62,270 nucleotides of DNA from the NCBI RefSeq assembly GCF_031769215.1, contig NW_026782068.1, forward strand, positions 930,001 to 992,270, given 5' to 3'. Origin of the DNA: Ylistrum balloti. Lineage: Eukaryota. Shown here piece by piece: positions 25,709 to 37,862 of this stretch (within the stretch, counting starts at the first letter, position 1; each line of letters starts with the position of its first letter). Under the pieces are notes generated by a model that was not told where the DNA came from, did no database searches, and worked only from the letters and a program-made list of their open reading frames with translations. The translations under genes were made by a program, and so were the position numbers.

Positions 25709-26395
25709 CTTCAAATATCTCCTGACCGCCTGTGTTAACAACACTTAATGGCCCGCCAGTGCCTCAGGGTATCAGGGATGGCATATGTCCCCTCCGTGCA
25801 TACAGAGTGGATGCAATCCAAGCCCCTGTCCCCAATTTTTGTTACCTTTCTACCTGTCCCCTGGGTCCCCCGAGGTGGACAACCCCCCAGGATCCTGCCT
25901 ACCGCTAGGGTTCCCTCCGGTACAAAACTATGTATAGGTTTTCTCTGACTTTGTTCATCCATTGTGTAAGAAAAACTTACACACTACTTTATAAACCTTC
26001 ATCCAGTATAAGCGTATAATATACAAATATAATATTACACAGTTCAGAAGTAAGTCTCGCGACTTTCCATTTGAATATTAAAATGACTAGTTAAATTGTC
26101 GGTCCGCTGATTAGTCAAATGCACTGTCTCATCCACTGGGATTGGTACATGTTTCAAATGAATACTGCCGCGGTCACAAATAAAAAAATTCACCTTGTCC
26201 TCTGGATACAACTGTGATAGATTATCCAAATGTTAATTGCAGGTATCGTCCAGTCTATTTGGCGTTCTGTTAACTCTGGAATGGCGAGGACACATGCCTA
26301 GCTGGTTTCTGTAATAGATAAGCTCAGAGCAGTACAGCATTCTAGGCACATCTATTATAATAAATGGGCGGGTGGGAAGGAATGAATTGAAGGTG

Positions 26396-26551
26396 GCTGA
26401 TCCTAATGGCTGTTTCTGATCAGAGTCAGCTTGATGCTTAGGTTCTCAGCTGCAGGGTTAGCAGAGTTATTTCCCCTTGCTAAATCAATAGCAAATACTT
26501 GATTGTTTTAAAGGAGATTATCTTTATACCTTGCTTTAATAATCTCAATTA
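26396..26551 (-). repeat. Ngaro split repeat A2
   Basis: Near-identical to 30715-30862 (GCTGATCCTAATGGC...AATCTCAATTA); abuts B1. Confidence 0.9.
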
Positions 26552-26700
26552 AAACAATACAAAGAGACAAATTCAAATATACCTTTAATTGATTTAGAAT
26601 TTATAATCTCAATTCACAATATTCCCCCGTAAATAAGGAACATTAATGGCCACAGCTCTTTACCCCACTATGACTAGATCCTGAGGGGGTTCTCACTTTC
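26549..26700 (-). repeat. Ngaro split repeat B1
   Basis: Direct repeat of 25557-25708; shares TTA with A2. Confidence 0.9.
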
Positions 26701-26863
26701 GGGATCCTGCCACATGAGAGAGTCTAAACACTCTCACTCCATTAGAGTGGGTCTATAGCCAACCAAAGATACCCTTTCTGACCCCCTCCCCCCGGATATC
26801 CCCCTAATCCCTAGACCCCCCTCCCTTTTATCAATCTGTCGATACCATTGAAATTGTCCTAAT

Positions 26864-27435
26864 TTAAGGAAATATCTGAATTGTTGGTTGTTTAGAGAAT
26901 TGTTCCAAAGCCCCTTGGATTCCATTTATGAAGATGTTGTTGCCTACATTTGTAAGGTGCACGCCATCGTTCCTATACAAATTTTTTTCTTTAACATTTA
27001 TGGTTGAATGTCTTATAACTTTCCCGCCATTGGTTAAGAATAATTTTTTGGCTGCAGCATTCACACTTTTTCTGGCGTTCTCCACCTGAATGGGTTTGTT
27101 TGCGTCATGCCAGTAACACCTAGGAAGTATATCAGACTCTATCAATGTTGTCCGTGGCAACAGAAGCTGGACACGCAAGAAAGAACACTCAATATCCTGG
27201 ATAAGACTCACAGACTTAACCGTAGTTAAATCATTAGCCCCGAGATGTATGACCAGGGTGTCCGGTGGGGGATAGGACCTAACAATCCTCTGGATTGTCT
27301 CGTCGAATTCTCTCCAACGCATTCCTGACTTGCCATACCAGTGGACTGAAATGCCTGTGCGACACTGCTCCACCTGGCCTTGTCTTGGCATAAATCCCCG
27401 CCCATCGTACGTAGGATGACCCAACAATCCAAACA
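26864..27435 (-). pseudogene. SGNH/GDSL hydrolase ORF of the Ngaro element
   Basis: Block I VWIVGSSYV (in a different frame; frameshift near 27360), block II GKSG, block III HLGAND, block V DGVHL. Confidence 0.8.
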
Positions 27436-27539
27436 GATGATCCTATAATGTAAACAGCTTTGACACAATTAGATTGTGTTCTTGATAAATAGCCTTGTAC
27501 TCTATAACTGTATGTACCCCCCCCAAGTGTGGCTGCTGG

Positions 27540-28414
27540 TGCATACCTGGCATTCTCATGTAAAGGGTATATGCCCTAGATCTCCATATACCCCATGATT
27601 TGATAGTGTCATCATCGATGCCCCTGCTAGCTGCTTCGGTGGCTGCTCCAATACAAAAACTATGAGAGCGATAATGTCCCGATTTAATTCCACTAAAATT
27701 AAGTGATTTCTATAGCACTGCCGAGAATTGAAACCTGGTAAGGGGTTGCCCGTTATAATGAACAAATAGTTGCCCCGCAGATGATGCTGGACGGATTCTC
27801 GGGTATCTGCGCATAGCTTGTACTGGACACACCCCCTGATCTTCTACCTTAGAAATAATTAGTGAATGTGACAGCCCTTTTTTATCAATCTTTGACACAC
27901 GTATGCACACCCTAATCTTGTCTCCCTCCTTGGTAAAATGAATATCCCTTCCCCCCAGCGGGTGAGAAAATTTGTCATGAGCTGATGCTGCAGTAAACTC
28001 CCCTACCCTCAGAAAACCAAAAAAGCTAGACTGAATGCTGCAGTAAACAAGGTAGATTCATACCGGGAAGAACACACCGAGGGGAGGGCTGATAGTAACC
28101 TACTTAACGGGGAAAGTGTGATTGATGCTCTGATATCCTTTCGTTTACCTCCCCTTTTAGCCCCTTGTAAGAGTTTAGAAACTATGAAACTTTTTGTGTT
28201 GTCTGTCTCGCCTCGGATTTTATGGAAGTAGCTTCGCGCGCAAATGTATGTACAAATGGTACTAGGGGCCCGGTTGTTTATTGACAAAAAAAGCTATGTA
28301 ATTGGCAATATAAGATACAGGGACAGGCCATTTAAGGGGAAGGTTATATTTATCCAAATAGCTCTTAAATTGCTGGTATGCATTATCATATGTAGCCCTG
28401 GTACTATGTGCCAT
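27540..28414 (-). pseudogene. Tyrosine recombinase (phage-integrase family), disrupted
   Basis: AF.GFLRVGE (frameshift near 28010), CPVQAM, SHSFCIGAAT (catalytic R changed to C), GIWRSRAY..Y. In-frame stop near 27712. Confidence 0.85.
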
Positions 28415-28429
28415 AGAATTTGCTAAGCG

Positions 28430-30030
28430 TTTCCACACCCAGGTTGGTATTTATTCCGGACTGGGGTCCGCCCCTGGGGCCAGGAGTCTGAACCTTTCCC
28501 ACTGACAACGAGAAATAGATTCGGCGATTGTATTATTATGGCCTGCAATATGTTCAGCTTTTAGGATGATGTTGTACTTGAGACAAACTATTACTAAACA
28601 CCGAACCAGTGTCATTACTAGCGGGTCCCTAGAGGATTGTTTATTTATTATTGTGCACACCGCCTGGTTATCAACATGAAAGAGAACTTTCTTATTACCC
28701 ATACATTTACCCCAGATCTGCAGTGTTATTGTTACCGGAAGTAGCTCGAGGAAAGTGATATTCCTCAAAATTGGGGTCCCTTTCCATTCATTAGGCCAGG
28801 GAGCAAATGCCCAACGCCTTTAAAGTACAAGCCACATCCTTTGTCACTGACCCCTGCACTATCCGTATATAATTCCAGGGAGCAATTCGTTGTCCAAAAT
28901 TGATCGGGCATTACAGTTACACCATTATATTCATTCAGGAAACCTTACCAAGCCATCAAGTCTTCTTTCATGTCCAAATTTACCCTCAACCTATGGTGTG
29001 GTTTGCTAATCCCTTTAGTGGCGTCTATAAGTCGTTTACAAAAAGCAAGACCGGGTCTTATCACCCGGCATGCAAAGTTCAGCAAGCCTATCAGTGTCTG
29101 TAGCTCCTTTAGCGTAACTTTCTTCTGAGACAGTATTCTTTTTGTCTGCCCTTAACTTTGTCAACTTATCGTCTGGAAGTCTCAAGACCATAGTAAGAGT
29201 GTCAAACTCTACACCTAGGAATGTCAATACTGTACAAGGGCCTACTGTTTTGTCTCCCGCCAAGGGGACCCCCAGCAAAGAACAGTTGTCATGAAATACA
29301 CTCATTGTGTCTTTACATTGGGTTGTGTTAGCCATACCACCAAACAAAAAATCATCTAAATAATGAAGCAGGGATGGTTGTACCGTTCTTGCGTGTAGTG
29401 TCATGCTATGTTTTACTGTCCATTCCAAGAATGTTGCAAATTTTCAAACAAAGCACAGCTTATACTAGCCCCAATAGGTAGGCATTTGTCAAAATAGAAT
29501 AGACCTTCAACCTGAAAACCTAAGAGGTCAAAATCACCCGGTGATATTGGCAGTAATCGAAAGGCAGACTTTATATCTGATTTACCAAGCAGAGCTCCAG
29601 GGCCCAGTGTTTGTATCATACTGACAGCGTCGTCTATGCTAGTGTATTTTACGGAACACTCTGTTTCATCTATGAAATCATTAACTGAAGTGGACTCAGG
29701 GAACGAAAGGTGGTGAATAACTCTATAGTCCCCAATCTTTCATTGGAACTAGGCCTAAAGGGAAAATGCGCAGAGTTGGCAAAGGGGGTTGAGTAAATGG
29801 GCCTTCCACTCGTCCTGCCTTTATTTCTTTCTGGAATTATGCCTTAATTACATCAGGGGATAATAATGCACTACGTAGATTTTTTGCTGTGGTAGGCAGC
29901 CGGGGTCCTTTATATTTCAGGGGAAAACCATACCGAAACCCATGTAATAACTCTTCTACTGCTTTTAGAGGGGTATATAGCGAATAAATGTGACATTGGT
30001 TTTAATTTGATTGGTGATTGGCCTAATGAA
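28430..30030 (-). pseudogene. Reverse transcriptase + RNase H (DIRS/Ngaro pol), multiple frameshifts
   Basis: GKSDIKSAFRLLP, YFDKCLPIGASISC, LHYLDDFLF, LTFLGVEFDT. RNase H: YTDSAG, NITFLELLP, HVDNQAV, HIAGHNN.IAESISR. Confidence 0.9.
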
Positions 30031-30039
30031 TATAACGTA

Positions 30040-30630
30040 CTATTTCTTGCATTTTGTTCTTGGGTGTTGTCCCCCGCATACTGCGCACACGTGGTTAAAT
30101 TTGCAATGGGTCCCGTACGGGCATTGTCCCTTATTGAACTTCCAACATTCCTTAGGCCATGGGGAACGACAATCACTTCCGGATTTCCCGTCACCTTCCT
30201 GTGTGTTCGCCGCAACTATGTGTGCCCCATCGTTTTGATAGACAGTCTGGGTTACTTCATTTTGAACGGGACCCCTATTGACCATATGAAGTAGCCACAG
30301 TTCATTGTCTATTACCCTCCATGATGAATTAGGGTACCGAGTTTTCTTAAGGCGATACTGCTCGTCGTACTTCGACCATTCGTTAGCAGTTGACCTACTT
30401 GCAGCGAGCCTAATGTCTCGCATGTAATGCAGAAGCTCTTGCGTCTTTCCTGGGAGTTTTTCTAACATTATGCTCATATAAACCATTAACGCGCTGGTCA
30501 AGTGGTAAATATTGGTAATGGGCTTCACGTACATGCGCTTCTGTACTACTAACTTGCCATCTTTCATTACAAGGTGCCCCCCCCCCCCCCCGGCTTGATC
30601 AAGGTCCCCCCCCCCCCCCGGCTTGATCAA
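30040..30630 (-). pseudogene. gag-like ORF, C-terminal part only
   Basis: W..YDEQYR...W and a C-terminal Cys/His cluster CWKFNKGQCPYGTHCKFNHVCAVCGGQHPRTKC, typical of DIRS/Ngaro ORF1. The N-terminus is replaced by a poly-G repeat. Confidence 0.75.
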
Positions 30631-30633
30631 GGT
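30571..30633. repeat. Short tandem repeat with C15 and C14 runs
   Basis: AAGGTG-C15-GGCTTGATC AAGGT-C14-GGCTTGATC AAGGT. Confidence 0.9.
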
Positions 30634-30714
30634 CGTTATTTAGGTCCCTTGCTGATTTGGTCAGAAGATTTAGCCCGATAAATACATCCCCGGCCCATAT
30701 CTTTTCTTTTAAAA

Positions 30715-30862
30715 GCTGATCCTAATGGCTGTTTCTGATCAGAGTCAGCTTGATGCTTAGGTTCTCAGCTGCAGGGTTAGCAGAGATATTTCCCCTTGCT
30801 CAATCTATAGCTAATACTTGATTGTTTTAAAGGAGATTATCTTGCATTAATAATCTCAATTA
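30715..30862 (-). repeat. Ngaro split repeat A1 (5' end of element)
   Basis: Direct repeat of 26396-26551 apart from a short indel. Confidence 0.9.
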
Positions 30863-33305
30863 TTAGAGACAGATGTCTCTTATAACAAGCGATTTACTTT
30901 CTTTTGCCTGTGTAATATGTTTGTGACGAAAGAGTATCGTTGCTGATCCAACATGTTTTATCTATGGCGGAAGCGTTATAGAGCCTTTCGCAATAGTTCT
31001 CAGTTCGAGTCAACTGCAACCTTTCTACTGTGTACGTCGGAGGTTTCTCCTGTCCTGACTTGTTTGCAGTCGTGGGATCTGATATTGTCGAGGCTTCATT
31101 TCATCTTCAACCGAGAGAGGGGACAGGTGTTCATATTTCCGCCCATTGTTGTTATCATTTCTCGTACTGAATTCATCAGAGGTCACCTTAGAGTTTGTCA
31201 AACGTTCAAGCAGAAAAATAAAAAAAAAGAGAGAGTTGTCTCCCATTAACGGTAAACGTATATCAGACATAGATTGATCTAGCAATAGAGGCGACTGCAG
31301 GATCAGATGGGATGAAGGTCTGAAGTATTTTACGATACAGGCATGACAGTTTAGGTAGGGCACGTACAAAGCACTTTAAAATCTGAACCAATACATTAAT
31401 TTTACAAATTTTGTGTAAAGAGACTAAAAGAGACGAGTCAACACGATTACAATTCAAAATTGTTCACCTGAGGAAAGATATGAACAAACGAGCGTTTAAA
31501 GAGGAGACCTTTGAACAATTAGAAGGATAAGACTAGAAGTTTACCTAGGTATACTAACGGACATCAAACAAATCTAAATTTGTGATGAACAACATATTAT
31601 GGCGAATGTAAAACTAGTCCATTGTTTTTTTCAACCTGTGTCTCTTTAACTCATGTGCGTTTTTTCTGATAGACATTTATCAAATAAATCGCGACATAGG
31701 GGACAATCCCTCGCACTACGAATCAGGTATAAGACGAAATAATATTGCTGTTGAAACTACAAGTGATTATGCTCCTCTCTAAGCTGCTTTGAAGACTATC
31801 TCAAAATAGCTTATAAAGACAATAACAAATCCAACACATTGTTGAATATGATAATCATGTTAAGTCATACTACACGAGTTTTCCGTATAAAACCTCTCTT
31901 TGACAAGAAATGTATCGATCATTTCAATTGAATATTTACATCATTAGCTTATCTCGATTTTGAGGTAGAACGCGGTAGTGTGGAAGCTTTCCACTAACTG
32001 GTAGGGTAAGGATGAGGATTGTGATTGCTCTATTATGAACTTTACATATCTAGGAAGTAACTACCGGATTCCTTAACATTCAATTTTAATTTGGTGTACA
32101 ATAGCTTGCACCGACATTGTTTTTCCTTGTGAAATAGGAAGTATTGATATCTCAGGTGATTTGGTGTATTTGAGTACGTGACGTTATTGATATCGATTGA
32201 TCAAGGTTTGCATAGTGGACGTCGTCCATGCAATGATGACAATGAAAATGAAAACAAAAAGCTCGGCTACTATGAGTGACAATTATAACAATCAACATGG
32301 GAATGGACATGTTATCATGCACTGAAGGCGACGACGTTGTTATAATAGGAACATTGCTACCTTTGTCTGATTCTTCTGTTGTCTCCGCACAGGAAAATAT
32401 TCGGACATTCAGATATCAAAGACAGTTCAATATTCAAATAATGACTTTGTCATGAGAATGAAAGCTCATCAGCATACCTATATTAATATCCAAATATAGT
32501 ACTTGGTAAAAGTGTATAGAATAATGCCAGAACGAAAATGGTAATAACATTATCATAGTTACCATAACGTAAGTTTGCAAACCATTTGTAACCTCATAAC
32601 ACATACTTTCACATTTATTAGAAGTAATGTTTCAATAAAAACTAGGTTTTGATTGAAACACACATTTCAGGACCCACCCCATCTAAGTACGGAAATTGTG
32701 ATGCAACATAATTGCCCTCAATTTAGGTTGTATGGACCGCATTTGGTCAACAAATTTACTGTGGTGTAAATGAGCAATGTTTCAATTGAAATAAAAAAAA
32801 CCAACAAAATTTCCCTTTATCGAGCCATGTCCCTTCTTTCTCAAAAAACGCAAAACTTCATTCATTACAATTATGATTCTCTTCTCGTAACAACATGCAA
32901 TAAGTTCACCTGTCCTTATTGTTAGGATGTGATATTGATCATAAAACACTAATGTATAAAATAAAAGCAAGGGTAGGCTTCAATTCTCAACAATGCCATA
33001 TCAGGTAATCGTTGTCTCAAATGGCAGGTTTAATGGTTACCTTTCCGGAAGTATGGTTCCCTTGAATAACCATTAGTTTCTGTAGTTTCTTACATAGATA
33101 AACATTTGCTCACTATTAAAGACGACTAGCCACATCTTGCGTTTTTAGTGTATATTTGTGGAGAAAAGAAAAGAAAGATAACCTGTCTCGTTAACACAGA
33201 TATTACTCATTATCTTAATGCTTTTTCATTAAAAATGTCTGGCTCTTTCAAATGAAGTTACCAATCCAATGTCATGTTTATGGGCCTAAGCCTTTCGGTA
33301 ATTCA

Positions 33306-33460
33306 GAAAGAGGCGTATACTTTCTTTGGCAGCTTTTAAAAGAAGAAACTTGCCAAAAATCATATCTCTTAAACATTCCAATATTTCCGAAAGAGTCGTA
33401 TACTTTCTTTGACAGGTTTTAAGAAAGAATCCAGCCAAAAAGCATGTCTCTAAACCTTAC
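33306..33460. repeat. Two-copy ~83-bp tandem duplication
   Basis: GAAAGAG(G/T)CGTATACTTTCTTTG..CAG.TTTTAA...CCAAAAA.CAT.TCTCT at 33306 and 33389. Confidence 0.7.
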
Positions 33461-33725
33461 GGTATAATTAAGATTTGACCGGGTTGACCTTGAAAGTATG
33501 TCAAACAGAGTTTGCGAAATGAAACTGCATTAACACCTTCTATGGAAATTATGAGTAATTTGTTTTGCCTCAAGGCTTTTACGGAGATAAGAAGTCGTTT
33601 TTGTCAAATATTTGACTCCCGTGACATCAGTGTAGGTCAAGGTAATGCTTTATTACCAAGAGGTCAACATAGTCATAATCCAAGCAAACAAACTAGGGCA
33701 AAATATAAACGAAAGAACAATTTAT

Positions 33726-33850
33726 ACGGAGACTCTTGGAAAAGTACAAGAAGAATAAGATAAGGTGTTCCGGAAGAGTAAGGGTCCTATGTTTTATCGA
33801 CTATACTCGCCAAACATACTGACGACGAATAACAGACGTTGCGCCATGGC
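33726..33850 (+). repeat. Dispersed SINE-like repeat fragment
   Basis: ACGGAGACTCTTGGAAAAGTACAAG...GGTGTTCCGGAAGAGTAAG matches the copies at 4644 and 44764. Confidence 0.5.
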
Positions 33851-36649
33851 ATAACCTCGTCTATCCTACAGTTGACAAAGAAATTAATCGGTGATGATTT
33901 AGAGACTAGATAAAAAACTGTATCCCAGATATTACTTGTTATCTTAAATACTTATATCCCCACTGATCCTTCTGAAGGCAGGTGTAGACAATTAAAGCCT
34001 TTCACGTTTATGTAAATAGGATATTTACTTAAATCTAGGTAACTGTTAAGCTGTCTGCCATACCTCAGAATCAATAATATCAATATGTGTTTTCTATACA
34101 GGTGCGATATAGGTTTAACTTATGTCGTGTTCAGTAACGAAAACTTGTATTCATTAAAAAAATTAACGTTCGTGTTATTAAGGTTATAATGAATTTTGCT
34201 TTATGAAACAAGCCTAATTATATATACATCAAAAAGAGAGACAGATACAAAATTACTCATTGTTTCATTTTCCTTGTCCACGTTTTGTAAGTCTTCGTTG
34301 ATTAGGTAATGATTTGATACTGACTTGAGAAAAGCGCTAAACCTTTTTCATGGTTTTATTGTAGTATGCAAATCATTTACACGAAAATACAATGTAACAT
34401 ATTTATACAAAACAGAAGTTAATATTATCTGACGTAATATTTTTACTCACGTAACTTTTATTTTTGTTATCAGTGTTTGTAATCCTATGGTGGAAATTTG
34501 GTGGAAAACATTTCCTTATCTACAATTTACAAACGAAATAGAGCAACTGTTAAACCCCCTTGAAACCTTTGAGGGTTGTGAAGTTCTAAGTCGCTATGAG
34601 GGTAAGGTCTAGCAAACATTTAAAACCTTCAAACTGTTGATCAATCAACTGACGTAATCAATTGGACGATTGAATAGTTGTGATAAATACTGTGCTGTCG
34701 TTGGGTGTCTTATCTTATAGGATTAATACAGATTTGGATCAAAGTCAAAATCAATCGATGAAAATCTCATTGAAGTAACTGAGTGTGTATTTTACGTGTA
34801 AATGTCATTGACATTACTAAGGAGTTTTATAAAATATTTTAGTCCGGTACACACAACAGCTATACTAGAAAATTACGAACACCTTATCAGAACGTGTATT
34901 TCGTTCAATATTTTCTCCAACGGGTCCTACATTTCATAAAGAAAGCTGATTTCATGTTGTTTATTAAAGTTATTCCAAACTCTACGTAAGCGTTGCATAC
35001 TATAAGTGATACCTTTTTTATCCGACGGGGTATGTTTTAAATATTCTCGGACTGCCAAGTACGAAAATTCAATAAATAAGCAAAGTGCTTGGGCACAGCG
35101 TATATTCAAACAGCAATGTACGTAACAGCAAAATTTCAACATATCTCGGCGAAAATTGACTATCCGTCACAACCAGGGCCAGTTCGGAATATCAAACTAC
35201 CTCATTGGATCTGTAGGAAGAAGTGTTTAAAAACCTTTTCTAAGCTAAAACAGAAAATATATGGGACATGAAGATAACAATATGTTAAACTATGTAATTT
35301 ATGCGATAACGAAAGCCAGAGATTAAAGATGAACATGTCTATTGATTGAGAGTACAGTTATTATTCCTAAAAGATGTATGAAACTCATTCGCTAAAAATT
35401 CTTAACATTAGGTCTTGAAATGATAATTTGAAAGGATAGATGACGGAAAGAAATCAAAAAAGTATTTTGACAGCATTTTCGTGAATAACAATAATTTATA
35501 ATTGTTTTCGTGGCGGATTTCGGTTCCGAGGAATATATTATTCCTTTAAAATTAATTAGATTAACTGGAATAATAAGCAGAAAAAAATCTCATAATGCGA
35601 AGTTTCAATTTTATTTGTCAGCCGTAAATCACCATAAGAACCACAAAAGTTTATTTTGAAATACATTTATAAATCCTTTAATTGATCAATCCTTTACTTG
35701 ATAAATCCTTTATTTGATAATACAATTTGACTTTTCGAGACTTAATATTTTGAAAGCAAATGCTTGGGTAATATTTTTCATAATAAAGAAAGTGTATCGC
35801 AGTGCTCAACTTTCTGTAATGTTGATATGAATGCAATTTAAAAAAGAAAGAAAGAAAGAGGCTAAAATGTTTATATTTGGGTCTTAAAATTCAAGAAAAG
35901 TAATCCACCGAGTGAATATATCATGATCAAATCAGTGATTTGTGTTGATAATTCACAAAGTACCATAGCAACTCTAAAACCCGAATCACGACGTCAACTT
36001 CTCCATCACAAAATATAGTCCATAGGAAGTTCACAGAACGGTATTTAAAGTGCTCCATGTTGAGGGGAAACGTATAACTATTGGTAGTATGGTATATCAA
36101 AATGCAAAGGTCTATGTTTTTACGTTGGAGTTTATTTTATATTGAATTATGTCCTACTTGCCAACAATTATGAGGTTCATACACACTTAAAAATTGTTTC
36201 TATCATACTTGATATGATAACCAGTTAAAGTGATATGTTTCAGATTTTTGAGTTCCGGGTCCTTTTATAATTTTATTTTACAAGTCTATATTTTAGTAAG
36301 CATGGGTTCTGTTACGCTGTAATGTAATTGATTTTAACTGAATAGCACATTAAATTGTGAAAACATCGCTACTTATTAAATTATTATTACTTTCACAATA
36401 GTATTGCGTTAATTGCACATTTCAGACAAAAACAAAATTAAAAAAATCATGCCTGACTAGTTACTGAGAAATTGTGTGATTTATCTTTATTTTTGTACTT
36501 ATCAAGTCCTCAATACTTGATAAGACCATGATGAAAAAGTGTCGTCTTTGGTATTAAGTGATATAGACTGGTGTCTCACCTTTTCTTTGCCATGCAAATT
36601 TTATTAGAAAGGAATAACAGTTATGTTCGTTGATTGATGTGATAGTAGG

Positions 36650-37650
36650 GTTTTGTGTGCGACTTGCTTTTGTTGTCTCCTTTGACACCCATCTTCAAAT
36701 GTCATTGCCTTCTGGTGTCTACCTAAGCACCCGTTTCCAAATTATCTTGGTCATAAGTGTTTCCTTTGAAACTCGTTCTCGTAAGAACCTGGCTTTTTGT
36801 GTCTCCCTGAACACGCGTTCTCAAATAACTCTGGCTGTTTGTTTCTCCCTCGACACACGTTCTCATTTGAACTTGCCTCTTAGTGACTTCCTAAACACCC
36901 GTCTTCATATGACCCTGGCTTCGGGTGTTCCCAAAATCACCAGTCCACACTGAACGCTGCATTGGGTATCTCCCTATACATATATCCTTATATAACCCTG
37001 GCTGTTATTGTCTCCCTAAGTATATGTTCTCATATGAATCTGGCTGTTGTTGTCATCCTTAATACTTCTCATACGACATTGGAATTAGGTGTACCCCAAA
37101 CAACCCGTTCAAATTTCAACCCGATTTTTTTTGTCTCTCTAAGCATTGGTCCTCATATAACCCTAGCTGTTGCGGTCTTCTTTAAAACTCGTCATTAAAT
37201 GACCCTAGTGCTAGGTGTCCGCGTATCCACTCATTCAAATTTCAACCAGGCTGTTTATGTCTCCCTCGAGATATATTCTCATTTGAGCTTTCCTCTTGGT
37301 ATCTCCCTAACCTCCCGTTCTAATAATACCCTTGTTGTAGGTGCCCCCTAACCATCCGTCGAAATTTGATACCGGCTGTTGGTGATTCCCTAAACATCCT
37401 TCCTCATATGATCCTTTCTGTTGTTGTCTCCCTGAAAATTCATCCTTTTATGATCATTTTTTTTCTCTCTTAATACTCATACTCAAGATGACCCTCTATC
37501 CACCCGTCTATATTTGAACCCGGCTGTTTGTGTCTCCTTTAATACCCGTTCTCAGATGACCTGGCTTTTGTTGTTTCCCTTAACACCCCCATCTTATGAT
37601 CCACATGTTTGTGTTTCCCTAGACACCCGTCCTCAAATGACCTAGGCTGT
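36650..37650 (+). repeat. Degenerate 42-bp minisatellite (~23 units)
   Basis: Consensus approx. CTGGCTGTTTGTGTCTCCCTAAACACCCGTTCTCATATGACC, with anchors at 36803, 36845 and 36887. Confidence 0.8.
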
Positions 37651-37862
37651 AACGAGAACGGGAAAAACGGGTGATTGCTTGCGTACTCAATTCACCGAGG
37701 TTTGCAGATACCTGCATATACATATTGATATTAGAAATGTGGCATGGCTCAGAATGATATGAATAACTTGAATGTTTTCATGGTCAGCCGTTATCGACCA
37801 CTTCAAACTTTTTTGATGGGTTAAAACATACTCAACACACCGAGATCTGATAATTCATATTT

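Larger units (their letters stand above)
25557..30862 (-). mobile_element. Ngaro-type (DIRS group) tyrosine-recombinase retrotransposon with SGNH hydrolase, inactive
   Basis: Minus-strand order gag, RT, RNase H, YR, SGNH. Split direct repeats arranged A1-ORFs-B1-A2-(spacer)-B2. No TSD. Confidence 0.85.

Noticed and set aside
31025-31457. Overlapping minus-strand ORFs (114 and 64 aa) with a YEHL-type tyrosine motif, suggesting a receptor tail
   Set aside because: No recognisable domain, no consistent splice pair, and the ORF crosses a poly-T run and a common repeat motif.
34927-35271. Short ORFs that could be TE remnants
   Set aside because: Could not be assigned to any family from the sequence alone.
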